From Octopus vulgaris (lineage: Eukaryota), in contig OX597831.1 in the NCBI GenBank assembly GCA_951406725.2, forward strand, positions 18,848,001 through 18,912,000: a stretch of 64,000 bases of DNA. Reading direction: 5' to 3'. Below the pieces are notes generated by a model. The model saw only the letters and a program-made list of their open reading frames with translations. It had not been told where the DNA came from and made no database searches. Shown here piece after piece: positions 42,820 to 56,632 of the stretch. How positions within the stretch are numbered: the first letter of the stretch is position 1; each line of letters opens with the position of its first letter. Position numbers and translations under genes: made by a program.

Positions 42820-42990
42820 AAGAGCTTACGAAAAAAAAAACAAAGACGAAGACAGGTGGTGTACAAAACAAACAGATGTATTAGTATAACGCTCAGGAAT
42901 AGAAAAAGTATTTTATGTTTCGAGACTGCGCTCTTCCACAGAAGGGACACAGAAAAAACAAAGAGAGAAGCAAAGAGAGAAAAAATGTTT
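42820..42990 (-). mobile_element. PLE-type terminal repeat with HHR-like motif (42908-42946), ending at (TA)n
   Basis: Minus strand CCCTT-CTGTGGA-A-GAGC(GCAG)TCTC-GAAAC-ATA-AAAT, then ACACCACCTGTCTTCGTCTTTG tail. Confidence 0.55.
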
Positions 42991-43659
42991 GTGCTGGCTA
43001 ACGATCTATCATGGCAACTGACTCGGACAGAAGGGTCTCACACATAGAAGACAGTTGCACTGAAATGATTTAAACTTAGATGTTTTTACAGGGGTTCGAT
43101 TCCGCATGGTACGAAAGGCTATAATAAAGACGAAGATGAGCGGGTATAGAGGCAATTATTCGGATATATGCTTTAGGAACATTAAATATAGTAAATTTAT
43201 CAAATATATAGTTCGGGTATGAAATATAAAATGTGTATATATGTATACATGCAAAACGGGAGAAAGGATAATGTGAAGATTTTCATCTGAGAAATTTTAA
43301 ACGTAAATATATAGATATTTATACTTAAATGTCCAACTTACACAGAGTATAAACGGCAGAGAAAATTAAAGAATTGGAAGAAAGTTGTTGTGAGTCCAAC
43401 AGCTATTTCTGGGGGCTTACATATCTATAATGACGTTGTATGTTTTGGATGGCACCATTTATACATGAGCTGTAATGCCTGTTTGTGTGTTTATAGTATT
43501 TATGAATGGCGATGGTGGTGTCGCTTGTAATTATCATTATATCTAGAATTGTAATCTGATGTTATTCACTTCCTTTGTAAATCGGAGGGTTGGGTGCAAA
43601 TTGTTCAGAAGGGTATTAAATTCTTGCAGTGTATATAGAGAGTTTTCCAGATTACGAAG

Positions 43660-45020
43660 AAATCGTCTAGGTTTCTCACTCATGCATTTGCAATATATAT
43701 TCAGTGCCGTAGTTTTCCTCTAATCCAAAACATACAAAACTCAATATCCATACTGCCGAACCAGAGAAAAGTGCACCTTTGTGGAATACGTAAATACCAG
43801 AGTTAAACGCCAAACAGAACTCAAAGAATTTCTACTCAAACAAAATTTCACATTCCCGCTCACAAAAAATGATATACAGCGTGCTACAGAAATATCCATA
43901 CCATAACTTAAGGCTACCAAAAAATGAAGAATACAAGAACAGGTACTACCATTAATAGTGACACACAGTCATGCCACCAAAATGTATTTTGCATTGCCAA
44001 AGCAATCTCATAGATCATTGCTCAATGTAATGAATTATATTATATAATCACAGATTGGGCTATGATTCTAAGTTAAAAATAGAAAAAAACAGCTTAAGAA
44101 TTTGAAACAATTATAATAGAGGCAAAGTTTGATCTAAGCAACAATGACGAATCGTTCATCGTAACTAAATGCAATCATAATCGATGTGGTACATCTTAGT
44201 TCATACATACCGGTCAGTATATGAACAGAAAACCGGAACAATGTTTACAAATGCAAATATGAACTGCAAAAGCAGAAATTTAATTTAATGCAGCAAATGC
44301 CAGAATTATGAATTGTGATATATGTTGGTCAGACGGAGAATGCATTATCGGAACATTCACGTGTGTACGGACAGCAAATTAGGGACTGTTACGTCCCTTT
44401 AAGCAACCATCTTTAAGCTACATGTGATTAAAAAATGTATATTTCCATTCTACTAACTACGCACATCAAATCAAGTTGAGAGAAAATTCAGAGAAAAGTA
44501 TTTTATTCATAAATTCAAACCCGTTATAAATGGATAGTTTATTATAATGATGATGGTGATAATAATAAGTGCTACTACTACAACTGCTACCAACGCGACC
44601 ACTAACAACAACAATAATGAAAGGGATGGGGAGGACGGTAGCTGAGTTGACCAAATTATCATTGAGTCGATTGAAATGTAAAAAATTCTGGAATAGTAAG
44701 AATAGAATTCAATGAAAACAAGAATGTGGATTACAAAATTTAAAAAATATAGGCAACTAATTCTTCCTCTATGTGCGCTCAAAGTAAAGAATACATAGCG
44801 TGTCCACGACCTTTGACTTCTAAGCCACAAACTGATTGGTCAGAATTGGTTCGCCCATTGGAGAGTAATTAAAGGATAAATTCAACCATTCACTACAGTT
44901 GTTAATTGTTGTAAACCACTGTCACTACATACGTCTGATGATTGCGTAATGCATGAAAGTACTAGCTTATTTCAATATTGTAAAATTGAAAAAAAATGCA
45001 AATAGTAAAAATGAAAATAA
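43660..45020 (+). mobile_element. Decayed Penelope-like element: RT thumb, GIY-YIG and 3' repeat with HHR
   Basis: NPKHTKLNI at ~43722, YVGQT at ~44321, EKYFIHKFKPVIN at ~44493; parallels the element at 59214-60686. Confidence 0.7.
44929..44970 (+). ncRNA. Minimal type I hammerhead motif in the PLE 3' repeat
   Basis: ATACGT-CTGATGA-TTGC(GTAAT)GCAT-GAAA-GTAC-TA-GCTTAT; intact core, palindromic AGTACT, CUA site. Confidence 0.6.
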
Positions 45021-45099
45021 GATTTCAGGTCTCCTCTGAAGTTGGTAATGCTGTAGTATTATCGGAACGCTGTTGTGCATAACTTTACTCCGTATGTGG

Positions 45100-45775
45100 C
45101 TCGTGCAAAGTAGTCTTATTCGGTAACTTAAGCTTTATGATATCGAAATAGACCATAGTACAGCGAAAGAAACCTGAACCATCTTTGGTGTGAACTGTAA
45201 AGGCGTATCTGACCACAGCACAGTATCCAGTGTGTTCAAGAAATTTCACTCGAACTGCAAGAACATCAACGTCTTGAAAATTCCAGGGGGATTCAGAGGT
45301 CGTGTTTCCAGCTGTACTGGGTAACACACACTGAGAGCATATCAGACGATCATGGCATGTTACGGACGTATGCTATTTTGTAGCCAAAAGATTCAGCTTG
45401 TTTAACAGATTGCGAATTCTTCCACTGCAAGCTCTGTTACCGCTCGAATGCCACGGAATAAGAGTCAAGAACTGAAGGATGTCAAACTAATGCTACACCT
45501 AGCGTATAGTGCAGAAATAGGGTCCTCACATTATGCCTCGTTCCCATCCATTACTCATGTCCTACGCTCCTGATATTTCGCCATCCAAGATGAGGCGGGA
45601 TCTTCAGTGAAAGAGTTCTTTCCTCTCGAGAGACAATAACTGCTACCATCATGGGATCAAAGAACTAGCAGAATTGTAGCCCTCACTTCGGAACACGATG
45701 GATACATTTGTTATAACTTGAAAAATATATTACATAGTTTACGAAAATATTGCAAAATGTCAGACTCAATACAAT
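45100..45775 (+). mobile_element. Decayed mariner relic
   Basis: HLAYSAEIGSSHYASFPS at ~45496-45550 resembles HPPYSPDLAPSDYHLF. Confidence 0.5.
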
Positions 45776-45778
45776 ATA

Positions 45779-45818
<40 letters not shown>

Positions 45819-45819
<1 letters not shown>

Positions 45820-46127
45820 CACGTGATCACGTGACCGACCAGACCATCAGATGTTGGTACACATCGCTGTTCACAATGCGTTAGCATTGTTTTAGCCTTC
45901 GAATGACGCCACCCCGCTGGCTAAGCCAGCAGGCCAACAGAAGAAAGAGTGGGAGAAAGAGTGGTGGAAGAGTACAGCAGGGAACACTACCCCCTGCCGG
46001 AGCCTCGTGGAGCCTTTTTAGGTGTTTTTCGCTCAATAAACACTCACAACGCCCGCTCTGGGAATCGAAACCGCGATCCTGCGACCGCGAGTCCGCTGCT
46101 CTAACCACTAGGCCACTGCGTCTCCAC
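45819..46127 (-). mobile_element. tRNA(Arg)-derived SINE (OR-like) with (CACGTGAT)n tail
   Basis: A box TGGCCTAGTGG, B box GGTTTCGATTCC, TCG anticodon-like loop. Confidence 0.85.
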
Positions 46128-46746
46128 ACACACACACACACATACACACACACACACGCACACACACACACACACATATTTTTCATTATTTTTTTCTAAA
46201 AATACTCTAGTAAACACGGTTATAGAACGAGCATACATTGGCAGAAACATACTTTTAGTGCATAGAAGTAGTCTCTATCATTATATATAGTTTAAACTTT
46301 AATTTCCTTTATATTTAACATTCACTATTAATATCCCTACTCTTTCTGTTAGCTACTTATGACGTTATATCATATAACGTCTTTTTAAACAATATTAATA
46401 GCGTTCTGTCTATCGCTATACGAATCCATCATTTTTTGCTAAAATGTCGTATTGACGAGTTTCGTTTTTTCACTTTCCCGAAGAGAAGATTGCATTGTTT
46501 ATACCTTTTATTCTTTTGAATAAGTATCAGTGGAATTTTCGAAACATATGTAGAAAGTAAAGATACTTGTTTAAACCTGCGTTAACTCCATTTTTTATTC
46601 ATATTATTCAAAATATTCAACGTAAACACGAAGTTTCAACCTTTATAAACAAGGAGTTACAACATCTTTACTTGTGAGATTTTTGCTGCCCTGGTAACTA
46701 TTTATTTATTTTTCCGTGTTAATTGTTAACAAGGTAAAATACACTC

Positions 46747-46820
<74 letters not shown>

Positions 46821-47530
46821 TTATCGGTGTGTGTGTGTGTACGCGAGCGTGAGTGTCTATACATACACACACACTCACACGCGCACGCACACACACACGC
46901 ACACACACACACATATATATATATATGAACTCTCACATCTACAGATTTGTCAGAATTAAAATATGCCTACTCTTGTGTTAAGCGATATACGATATCATAT
47001 ATTTAACGTATAAAGTTGTGGGTGACTTCCGGATTTTCGTAATAATTCCACAGTAGTGGGAGATGTAGAATAACTCTAATATTTCAAAATAATACACATA
47101 TATACTAATAGTATCATATTTATTTATATAAGTAAAAGAGTTCCAATCTCAGTCACGAATACGGGTTGGACTTCCACCTGTAAATAGAAATAAAAATATT
47201 GTTGGTCAAACATATTTTGACAGACATTTAATGTAAATTACGCACGTAATTTCACTTTGCTTCTTTCCGTACTTTCATTCGTATTCTGTTTGGTTACGTT
47301 TGTATGGAGTGTTGTGGGTTTAAAATATATAATAAACTATTTTTTTCTGTAGTAGTTTACTTGTAGACACACGAGGGTGGACAGGGGAGGGTGATTGAAT
47401 TTCATTCACGTTTTGAATTCGGCGGTACTGACGCTGAATATTATCTGTCCGATACCGTTAGGTGGAGAGATATGTTGAATTATTCCACTACCTTTGAATT
47501 TAATATTTCAATATTTAATTATTGATGGAT

Positions 47531-47613
47531 CCTATGCTGAAGAGGAAAACGGCTGGTAAAGTATAATTTTATATTCTTCTTTCCAACCTAATTCCGAAAC
47601 GCGCGTCCATAGG
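47531..47613 (+). ncRNA. Type I hammerhead ribozyme with fully canonical core and extended stem II
   Basis: CCTATG-CTGAAGA-GGAA...TTCC-GAAA-CGCGCG-TC-CATAGG: perfect 6-bp stem I, predicted GUC cleavage after 47607, palindromic ACGCGCGT stem III. Confidence 0.85.
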
Positions 47614-48367
47614 TTAACAGATATTGATTGATTTTCGTTACTTCTTCCTCTCTGCCCGTGTGGATTGTTTTCAAGCATTCTGGTTTTTTCTGGGAGTCCC
47701 TTTTTAAGTAGAAGAAATAGCTGACGGTTTTTGGCTGCTATTTCTAAGCTACGGTATGCGGTAAAGCAAATCTTTGCTGAACCCTAATTATTTAGTATTA
47801 ATAACGTATATATATATTCTTTTCGCGTCCTGCTTTTTTATGGTCAAATTAGGCCAGATCTGCGTATCAGACCGTAGTGTATAATGTATTTCTAATCATA
47901 TTCTTTGTGCCTTGAGATAACCACATTGTCTGAATAGAAGGTCACGTTTGGATAGGTACTACCTGTTACACTTATCTCACATTTGTTGAGTGTATATATT
48001 CATGAATTTTATGATCTGTCATTGTACAATGTTTTTAAGATTTCATGCACCCTCGATGATGTTACTAATTGACTAACTGCGATATGTCTTAAAACTTTTA
48101 CTCTGTCCGGTGGAACAATCTCTGGACGTAATAATGAAGAAGTTACATCGCAATAAATTTTGACTATATGTTATTCATCTAACGCATGTATTTCACTGTA
48201 GATCTCAGAGGGAGATATTGTAATATACGTGTATCAGCATTTTACACGGTCCTTTCAAATTAAATAAAAAGGAAATGAACATGTAATTCTTGTAAAAAAA
48301 ATATTTGTTTAAATCCTGAGGCTTTACAGCATGTTTTCTGTTTACGTTCGTGTTTTATATAGTATAC

Positions 48368-48781
48368 CTCTCTTTTACTTTCCCTTGTTTCAGTCGTTTG
48401 ACTGCGGCCATGCTGGAGCACCGCCCTGTAGTCGAGCAAATCGACCCGAGAACTTATTCTTTGTAAGCCTAGTACTTATTCTATCGGTTCTTTTGCTGAA
48501 CGGCTAAGTTACGGGGACATAAACACACCAGCATCAGTTGTCAAGCGATGCTGGGGGGACGAACACAGACACACAAACACACACACACACACACATATAT
48601 ATTTATATATACATATATACACATACGACGGGCTTCTTTCAGTTTCCGTCTACCAAATCTACTCACAAGGCTTTGGTCGGCCCGAGGCTATAGTAGGAGA
48701 CACTTGCCCGAGGTGCGACGCAGTGGGACTGAACCCAGAACCATGTGGTTGGTATGCAAGCTACTTACCACACAGCCACTC
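48368..48781 (-). mobile_element. tRNA-derived SINE with CORE-like segment and internal (CA)/(TA) tract
   Basis: Minus strand GAGTGGCTGTGTGGTAAG (A box), GGTTCAGTCCC (B box), CACCTCGGGCAAGTGTCT. Confidence 0.8.
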
Positions 48782-49836
48782 GTGTGCCTAACTGGAAATG
48801 TTTCATACACCGTTTCACTTATAAGAAAACGACAGTTACCTTTACGCCAGAAATGTTTCAGTTTATATCACATCGAATTCGACGAAATACCTTTCATATT
48901 GACGACACCTGTAGTAATATGTTAACAATTGGAAGAAGAAACATATTGCTAATCACAACTATATTGCCACAACTTGGTTTCTTCGTCGTATATTCCTAAA
49001 AGGAAAACGTTGAAATATTTCGAAATAAATCAATCTGCTTGTTTAAAAGTAAAATTAAAAAGAGTTATCAAATATTGTGCAGATATCAAATAACTATCTC
49101 ATTTCTTTTTTGCAATAATGACTAAAATAATGCAACTTACTTACCAAACACTTATGGAAATGTATGAATTCGTAGTAACCCATACAATATCGATTTTTAC
49201 TTGAGAAACATTTGTAAAACTTGTCGAAGGTCCTGGAACATAAAATAGCACTGAAAATAGTACATTCAGGTACTTTTGTATAGATTATATTCTTATGATC
49301 TAATGTCTAATCTATTCTGCGCTCAAACAGGCCTTCCGTGTGACCGAGAGGTGTTTGTAAAATGAACGAAAGACAATATTCAGTTAAGAAAATAATCAAT
49401 TTTCAACTATATAAGTTTGTCTCAAATAACGCCATCACAGTAAAATGCATATTCACAGTAAACTATATTACTCAGAGATAAATGGTCGGAGTAAACAATG
49501 CTAATGAAATAAAGCGGGTAAATTTTAAACATTTACAATTCGAAATAAACATTCATATTTAACGAACTGTTGCCTAATACGTTTCTTACCCACTTTTCTC
49601 CATTAGAGATCTGACCTTTATAAATAAACGCAGGATTTGGCCCACTTCGAAGGTGAATTAGCGGCACAAATAGCGTTTGTTACATCTGGGGTAGTTACGA
49701 TCATATGACCGCCTTAATTGTACAGGGAGATAAAATATATAAGCCAAAGGTTTCGTTTCGTCAACTTTAACCACGCAAATAGATCTATAATATTCATAAC
49801 ATTACAGATTTTATGGCAACAAATATATATCAATAT

Positions 49837-50000
49837 GGCAGTGAGCTAGCAGATTCGTTAGTACGCCGGGGAAACGCTTAGTGACATTTCGTCCGTCTTT
49901 ATACACGGAGACTAAATTCTGCCGGGATCAACTTTGCCTGCCATCATTTCGGAACCCATTAAACTATGGGATGAAAACTACGGTCGATGTAATCGATTTA
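49837..50000 (+). mobile_element. Diverged OK-like SINE
   Basis: GAGCTAGCAGATTCGTTAGTACGCCGGG...ACTTTGCCTGCCATC...GGTCGATGTAATCGA. Confidence 0.65.
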
Positions 50001-51399
50001 CCCAATCTTCGACATTACTGGCTTTGTGTGAAAATTGCAAATCAATAAATCACTACCAAAATTTTAATTATAACATTCATAGAAGTAATAAGAGTATATA
50101 TACCTGCAGAAGTTCGGAGTCCTGTCCACTACATGAAAAACGTGATTGCAATATCGTTTTGCCTCTACAACGCAATCGAGTGCCACAGCAACACCTAAAA
50201 CATTGGAAATTGCATTTCTGAATGGATTTTAACGACTTGGAATATTTATAACAAAACATCACCATCATTTATGTTGGGTTCGAATTCGTATCATCGAGGG
50301 AAACATATGATTGTTTGAAGTTTGACTTGGTGAGTTTGTACGTATGATTGTGACATTTTAGCATGGTAATGTTGGACAGGGGTTTCTTTTATAGGATTTC
50401 ACAATGTAGTTACAAATATTTAGACATATGGATAAGTGTTTCATCTACATATAGACAATGGGATTAAATATTATAAATATACATTTACCCTGCAGCAAAA
50501 CATTCGTCACTACTATCTAATAATAGCTTTGCTTGTTCACCCATACTAAGCCAATCTGTAACCCCTTCAGTATTTTTGTCATTTTTTTTATATTTGACCG
50601 TATGAGTACATGTCGCATGGGTAGACATAACCCCAAAGATTAACCCTTAATCCCGTGAAATATTCACACGGCACATATATGCAATTTAAATAAGGCTGTA
50701 TTATATGTATGGCGAAGATCCTTAACGATATTAACCTTATTCTTATGTTTTTATACGTGTATTTCTGATATTTCACTCTTCTTAAAATTACTGAACAATG
50801 GATCGAAGAGGACGACTAACAGCTGCTCGTGAGAAGGTTATGCGCTACAGGCAGCAGACAAGAGAATCACGGCAGGAAATCAGAGAAAGGGATTGACATT
50901 GCCAACCTCTGAGACGAGCTGAAACGTATGAAGAGCAACGTGAGTCACACTTGCTGAAGAGGAAATACGAGACCAAGGATGAAAAACAGTGAACTCAGTA
51001 CAATTAAACACAAAGATTGATATTTCAGCAGCGAATAGAAAACATGAATAACTTACAGCGTGCGCAGTATCTGGAATAACAGAGAAATATAATGCAAGGA
51101 GGAAATGAAAATATGTACGATGCACAACTTGACAGTATCAAGAGCAACAGTGAATTGTAAAACAAAAAGAAAATGGAAAATATGGATGATGTACAACGTG
51201 CGTAGTATCTGGAGAAATAGAGAAATATGCTGCAACAGAGAAGAGAAATTATGGATGATTTGGAAAGTGTTGCCTATTAACTAGGTGAAGGAGAAAGACA
51301 TCAAGATGAAATTACAAATATGAATGCTTAGCTGGTCATTCGTTTGCAAGATGAACAGGCGCAACGACAGCGTGAGGTAAGCCATGGACCACCATTGAA

Positions 51400-52640
51400 G
51401 AGACACATTGATAATCTTGTAGAACAATTCGATATAGGCGATATGGACTTATACTCCGAGTACTGTGAAGCAGTGAGGCTTACAAATGAAAAACTTCAAG
51501 TGATGTCAGAACGGAAATGTGAATTTGCCTCTACTGAAATCATACACTGAGACATTGAAACATTAGTCTGAGAAGAAATGACCAAGTGTCTGCTTCATTT
51601 CGTAAAACTGACAGAAATTACAACTGCGCATTTTCCTTTGCATTATATGGTGTGGAAAGAGGTCCGTATTGTTTATGTATTCAGGGCCGTACTTACAACA
51701 ATACTACGAGCTGACATCCTGTCAATGGTTATGTTGAGTTATATAGGAATATGCATTTCATTGAACAGCAAGATGAAATTGGCAAAACAGAAAATATACT
51801 ACTACGCTACAAATTTCCAAGAAGCAGTGAAATACCGGCAGTGTTTGTTAATGAAAACGCCACCCCTGCCAGAAGACAGAGGCATTTGTTATTTATATTT
51901 GATGCATATTTCTCCTCATCTTGTTTGTTGGACCCTCCAGTCTTCATCAGGTGTCTTGAAGAAATTTCGAACCTGGGTTCTCATCCCTAAAGTATTTTTC
52001 GATGTTGTTATTATTACTATTATCATTTAGGTCACCGCCTGTAATCGAACTCAGAATCTTGGGGTTATTAGCCCGCGCTCTTAACCACTACGCCATATGC
52101 CCGTGGGCATCTCTTAAATATAGAAGAGGCATTGTTGTCTATCTTAGTAATACATCGTGCCAATTAGTAATACATCGCATACACATCGTGCCAATGTGTT
52201 ATCAATGTCTGCACCCTTGTGGAGAATTCGGATGACACTGTTAGAAGCTACATATAGCAGAACACAGGACACTAGATCGCAGTCGGCTCACGATGCAAGA
52301 GTACCACAGATATCTCCTTATTTTCAAAGGAGGCTTCAGTATCATTCGCAGAATTGCAAAGCTATTTCAACAGTACTTAATGGATGCATTTGGGAAGATC
52401 GAGGGCCGCAGATTGCAGTATATAAGGGTCCATCATACCTAGTTGCATGTAGAACAGTACCATTGACTTACAGACTGCCTGCATGGAAGAGCTGATGAGA
52501 ATGTTGAAAGAAACCAGTTTCCCGTCCGCCTGTCATATGCAATGAATGTGAATAAGTCATAAGAGCAAGTATTTGTTAAAGTTGGGCTGCATCTGTATTC
52601 GGTCATGGGCAAATATATGTTGCAATATCAAGATGTCGCA
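51400..52640 (+). mobile_element. Helitron Rep/Helicase relic (N-terminal region and PIF1 helicase end), interrupted at ~51885-52200
   Basis: IGDMDLYSEYCEA, YNCAFSFA, GRGPYCLCIQG, EIPAVFV; QFPVRLSYAMNVNKS*EQ..KVGL..GHGQIYVAISR. Confidence 0.75.
51885..52200 (-). mobile_element. tRNA-like head plus PLE-type tail (second copy of the module at 61780-62050)
   Basis: A box TGGCGTAGTGG, B box GAGTTCGATTAC, then GACAC-CTGATGA (GAAA half missing here). Confidence 0.7.
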
Positions 52641-54402
52641 AATTATGTGTTGTGAGAGATAAACCTTTTTTTACGCTGACAAACAAGGAAACAGAAGAGG
52701 GGGAACAGGCACGAAGAACATACTCTGCAATGAAGTATTAATTTGAAAGGTAAACGCAGATTGAAATGTGTATTGACTTTGACGCATCGTCTTGGCTTAT
52801 AAATTATCAACGACGTAGTTTTCACAATATGACATGATTCAATATTTTCCTCCGTCAAATTGTACCCCCTATATTTTACATATGAAATCATCATTTTTAC
52901 GACAAAACTTTGTTTTCTAGGTATAAAATTGTGACCACGTAAATTTAAAAATTTAATTTTTTGGTTTATGGGGGGAAATGGAAAAAAAGAATGAATATTT
53001 CTTTTACGAGTGCTAAGGTATATAAAGTGTACACATAAAGCGTGTTAAGTAATCATTGCTTTGCAATTTCCTTTGCTTTTCAATGCGTTGCTAATGTGGG
53101 ACTTTATTTTGATACAGTCACAACACAGGTGATGTTTTTATTGATCAATTAGAGGAATATTTTGCAAGGGCCGTAGTGGTTTGATACCTTTAAGTCTAAT
53201 GTCACTCATTTATATATATATGTACACACACACATAACATATATATTTTCTCCTTATCACTGATCGGTAGACATTAGACAACTCCTAAATAAATAAATGT
53301 TGACTACTGGGACCGTGCCCCCCTCCTTTCTTGTTAAATGTTATGGATATCTGTGTCACTGGAATCAATTATTCCTTCTCTCCCTTAAAAACCTCCGCTA
53401 ACATATAAATGTCTCTGTTGTGACCAAGTATACAATATTCTGGTAAATCTATTCTGCCAACTGAAACTGTAGCAGAATCACTGTAAATTTGAATGTCGTC
53501 TAGTTTGAAGTTCAGGAATTCATCTGACGGAAACGGTTTTCATTAATCAAATAAAGATGTCGTTGGAAATGGCTGTATTGGATTGAAATCTGTACCTTTC
53601 TGTTACTCATATTTTATTCACCTGTCTCGGAATCTGTCCTTCGTAAATATTGGGGAGTTTATATTTAATATAAAGTGCATGTCAGAATTGCTAAGGTTGA
53701 AGTTTTTCATTCATCTGGGCCTCACTGTCTAAATAGACTGCAATAATATAATTCGACCGATGCATATGTACCAAGTTTGATATTCAATTAAAATGGTTGT
53801 GTGTGTTCTTTATTCCGACTTAGCAATGTGCCTCAATTTAAATAACTGAAACTTAATTGTATATGTATCTATAATGATATTACATTATGTATATATGTAT
53901 AAGAATAGTAAAGAAAGGTCAGAAGGTATTATCATAATACTACTTACGGAAAATGAGAAGCAATATAAAGATTGAATAATACATTGGGAATTGTCCTGTT
54001 TATTTCAACTCCGCTTTGTATTATGGCAACTTACAGATAACATTTACATATATAATTATATACGATGTAACATGTGTTAGAACTAAACTAGGAGATATAA
54101 AATTTCTAGAATGACATACTAAATGGTAATATGTTTTGAAATTGTTATTCGTTCCGAGAAGATTTGGGTCATTATCTGCAGGTGTAATTATACTGTTTAC
54201 TTCATTGCTATATATATATGCAAAGAAACAGAATTTGTTTTCATTTTGTCTTTAAAACTTTAAGAAATATCTGACTGTTTTACATTCTTCATCGCTGCAT
54301 GTGTATCAAATATAATTTGAAATATGACAGGAATGTATTGCGTACGCTTATATTGCAGAACAAAATTAAACGGTTTATTGTCGAGTAAATCGCCACCAAG
54401 AT

Positions 54403-55826
54403 TTAGTTAGCTAGTTAGTTAATTTTTTGGCTCAAAAACCAAAAAGCAAGGCCATGTAAGGGGAGATGGAGTTATGTACAGGGTAGTGTTCATGCAAAGA
54501 GTTCAGGCCACTTGTGGTCAAGGGAACCGAGCGGTCGTAGGCATCTTCACTATCTTGTCCGGCAGCTTATTCCATGGATCCGCAACCCGGACGGAGAAAG
54601 CCCCTCTCCTTCGATTGAGATGAAAACGTCGCAGATAGAGCTTTTCGGAGTAACCCCGCAGCCGACGCTCTGGAGCAGGAGTGAAGAACAGCTCTTTCGA
54701 GAGGTTACATTTTCCGCTTATGATGTGAGCAAGAATGAGATCTCCACGGCGTCGTCGTTTTTCTAGAGAATAAAGGTCGAGCGTCTTCAGCCTTTCTTCA
54801 TAAGACAAATGCTTGAGACCAAGAACCATGCCGGTAGCCAGCTTCTGGACTCTTTCGAGATGCTGTATGTCTTTGAGGAGATAAGGAAAAGAGGCTTGAA
54901 TCCCGTACTCCAATATGGGTCTCACCAGCGTGACATAGAGCGGTAGGAATCTGGCTGCTCTGAGCATTCCGAATGACCGTCGAATCAAGAACAGAAATCC
55001 GCGTTCTTTGTTGGCAGCATGGGCGCACTGGGCCGAAGGCGAAAAGGAAGAAACCACCAAGATACCCACGTCCTTTACCTGGTTGTCCTCTCTAGCAGCA
55101 GACGACCCGGCTCGAAATCAAGTTGAGTTGCAGGAGAAGAGCCAACAGGCAGATGACAGCACTTTGACACGTTCAGACACAGGTTCCATTCGTTAGACCA
55201 TCTCCACATTTGGTGGAGGCATCGACGAAGATCCTCTATATCACCGCGAGGAGTGACCAGTTTGACATCATCGGCAAATAGAATGGTGTGTTGCGTGAGG
55301 TCGTCGGGCAAGTCATTTATGAAGACTAAGAACAATAAGGGCACAAGCACTGAACCTTGAGGCAAGCCACTGCTCGCACTGGAGAAGTCGGACAGCGAAC
55401 CATTAACTTGGACTTGGAAGGAGCGATCTGAGAGGAAGGCACCAACTCATCGTACAATATCCGGATGGAAACTATATGCTTGAAGCTTGACAATTAATAG
55501 AAGGTGGTTTACCGAGTCAAAAGTTTTGGCAAAGTCCAATAAAACGATGTCAACAGCATCACCCTCATCGAGGATGCGCACCACCAATTCTTCCATTACC
55601 AGTAAGTTGGTGAAGCATGATCTCTTCGGCACGAAGCCGTGTTGGGAATCAGAGATAGAGGCTGTGTTTTGGAGGTGGAATATCATACTTTTCTTAAGGA
55701 TGGTTTCGAACATCTTGCTGATTATTGAAGTAAGGGAAACCGGTCGGTAGTTAAGCGGATCTTCACGGCTCCCTTTCTTGAAAATTTGGCAGATTTTCGC
55801 TGTTCTCCAGTCGAAACCGTCGGACA
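54403..55826 (-). mobile_element. CR1-clade LINE, 5'-truncated, RT region with frameshifts, short (TAAC)n tail
   Basis: IFKKG, NYRPVSLTS, QHGF, LDFAKTFDSV, PQGSVL, FADDVKL, RPILEY, RRRRGDLI, WNKLP. Confidence 0.92.
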
Positions 55827-55966
55827 ATTTGGCAAGCAATACAATGGAGTAACCTTGACAAAGTATCCTATATCACAACCAAAGAGGAGCAAATTGCTAT
55901 CATGTTCACTATAAATTGGAAGATCGCCTTCGATATATTTCATGGCTATATACATACATATATACC

Positions 55967-56005
<39 letters not shown>

Positions 56006-56251
56006 TCTCTTGGCCTTATGAGGCTAATGCTATTACAGACATGCCTGTCAGAATCTTTCGGTAATATTGTATTTAATAAGAAACAATTGCAAAAATACCG
56101 TAATTCATTGGAGCGGATGGATGTCCGACACCGAAACAAAGAGCCACACACACGTATGCATACACGGACACACCACACATACACACATACTTACATACAC
56201 ACATATTTTCGCAGATACATATATTATATCTCTCTATCAATCTCTGTCTCT

Positions 56252-56289
<38 letters not shown>

Positions 56290-56585
56290 CTTCAAGAAAA
56301 CCACGAATAACCCGTCCGTGTTTCTTGTTCCCCCCTTTTTGTATCATCTGCCTGTATGTATTTTTGCCCCTTTTTTCTATCATCTAACTGACTGCATGTT
56401 TGGCGTTCTTCTCCAATATTTGGTATTCCCTTTTATATATTAGTTTCTTTCTGTGTCCCTTTCTGTAGAAAAGCGTAGGCTGGAAACGTTAAATACTTTT
56501 TTCCCTTCCCAAGCGTTAAATTAATATATCTGTTTGTTGTCTACATCACATGTCTTCGTCTTGTGATTTTTGAGAATGTTCCTGA
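56290..56585 (+). mobile_element. PLE-type terminal repeat with HHR-like motif (56458-56494), ending at (TA)n
   Basis: CCTTT-CTGTAGA-A-AAGC(GTAG)GCTG-GAAAC-GTT-AAAT, tail TGTCTTCGTCTTG. Confidence 0.55.
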
Positions 56586-56632
56586 TATATATATATATAC
56601 GTATGTATGTATTCATGTATATATATATATAT

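Noticed and set aside
46050-46127. tRNA-Arg gene (also 35370-35444, 52030-52105, 61969-62040)
   Set aside because: A and B boxes are present but there is no proper acceptor stem, and each continues into a repeat body; treated as SINE-type heads
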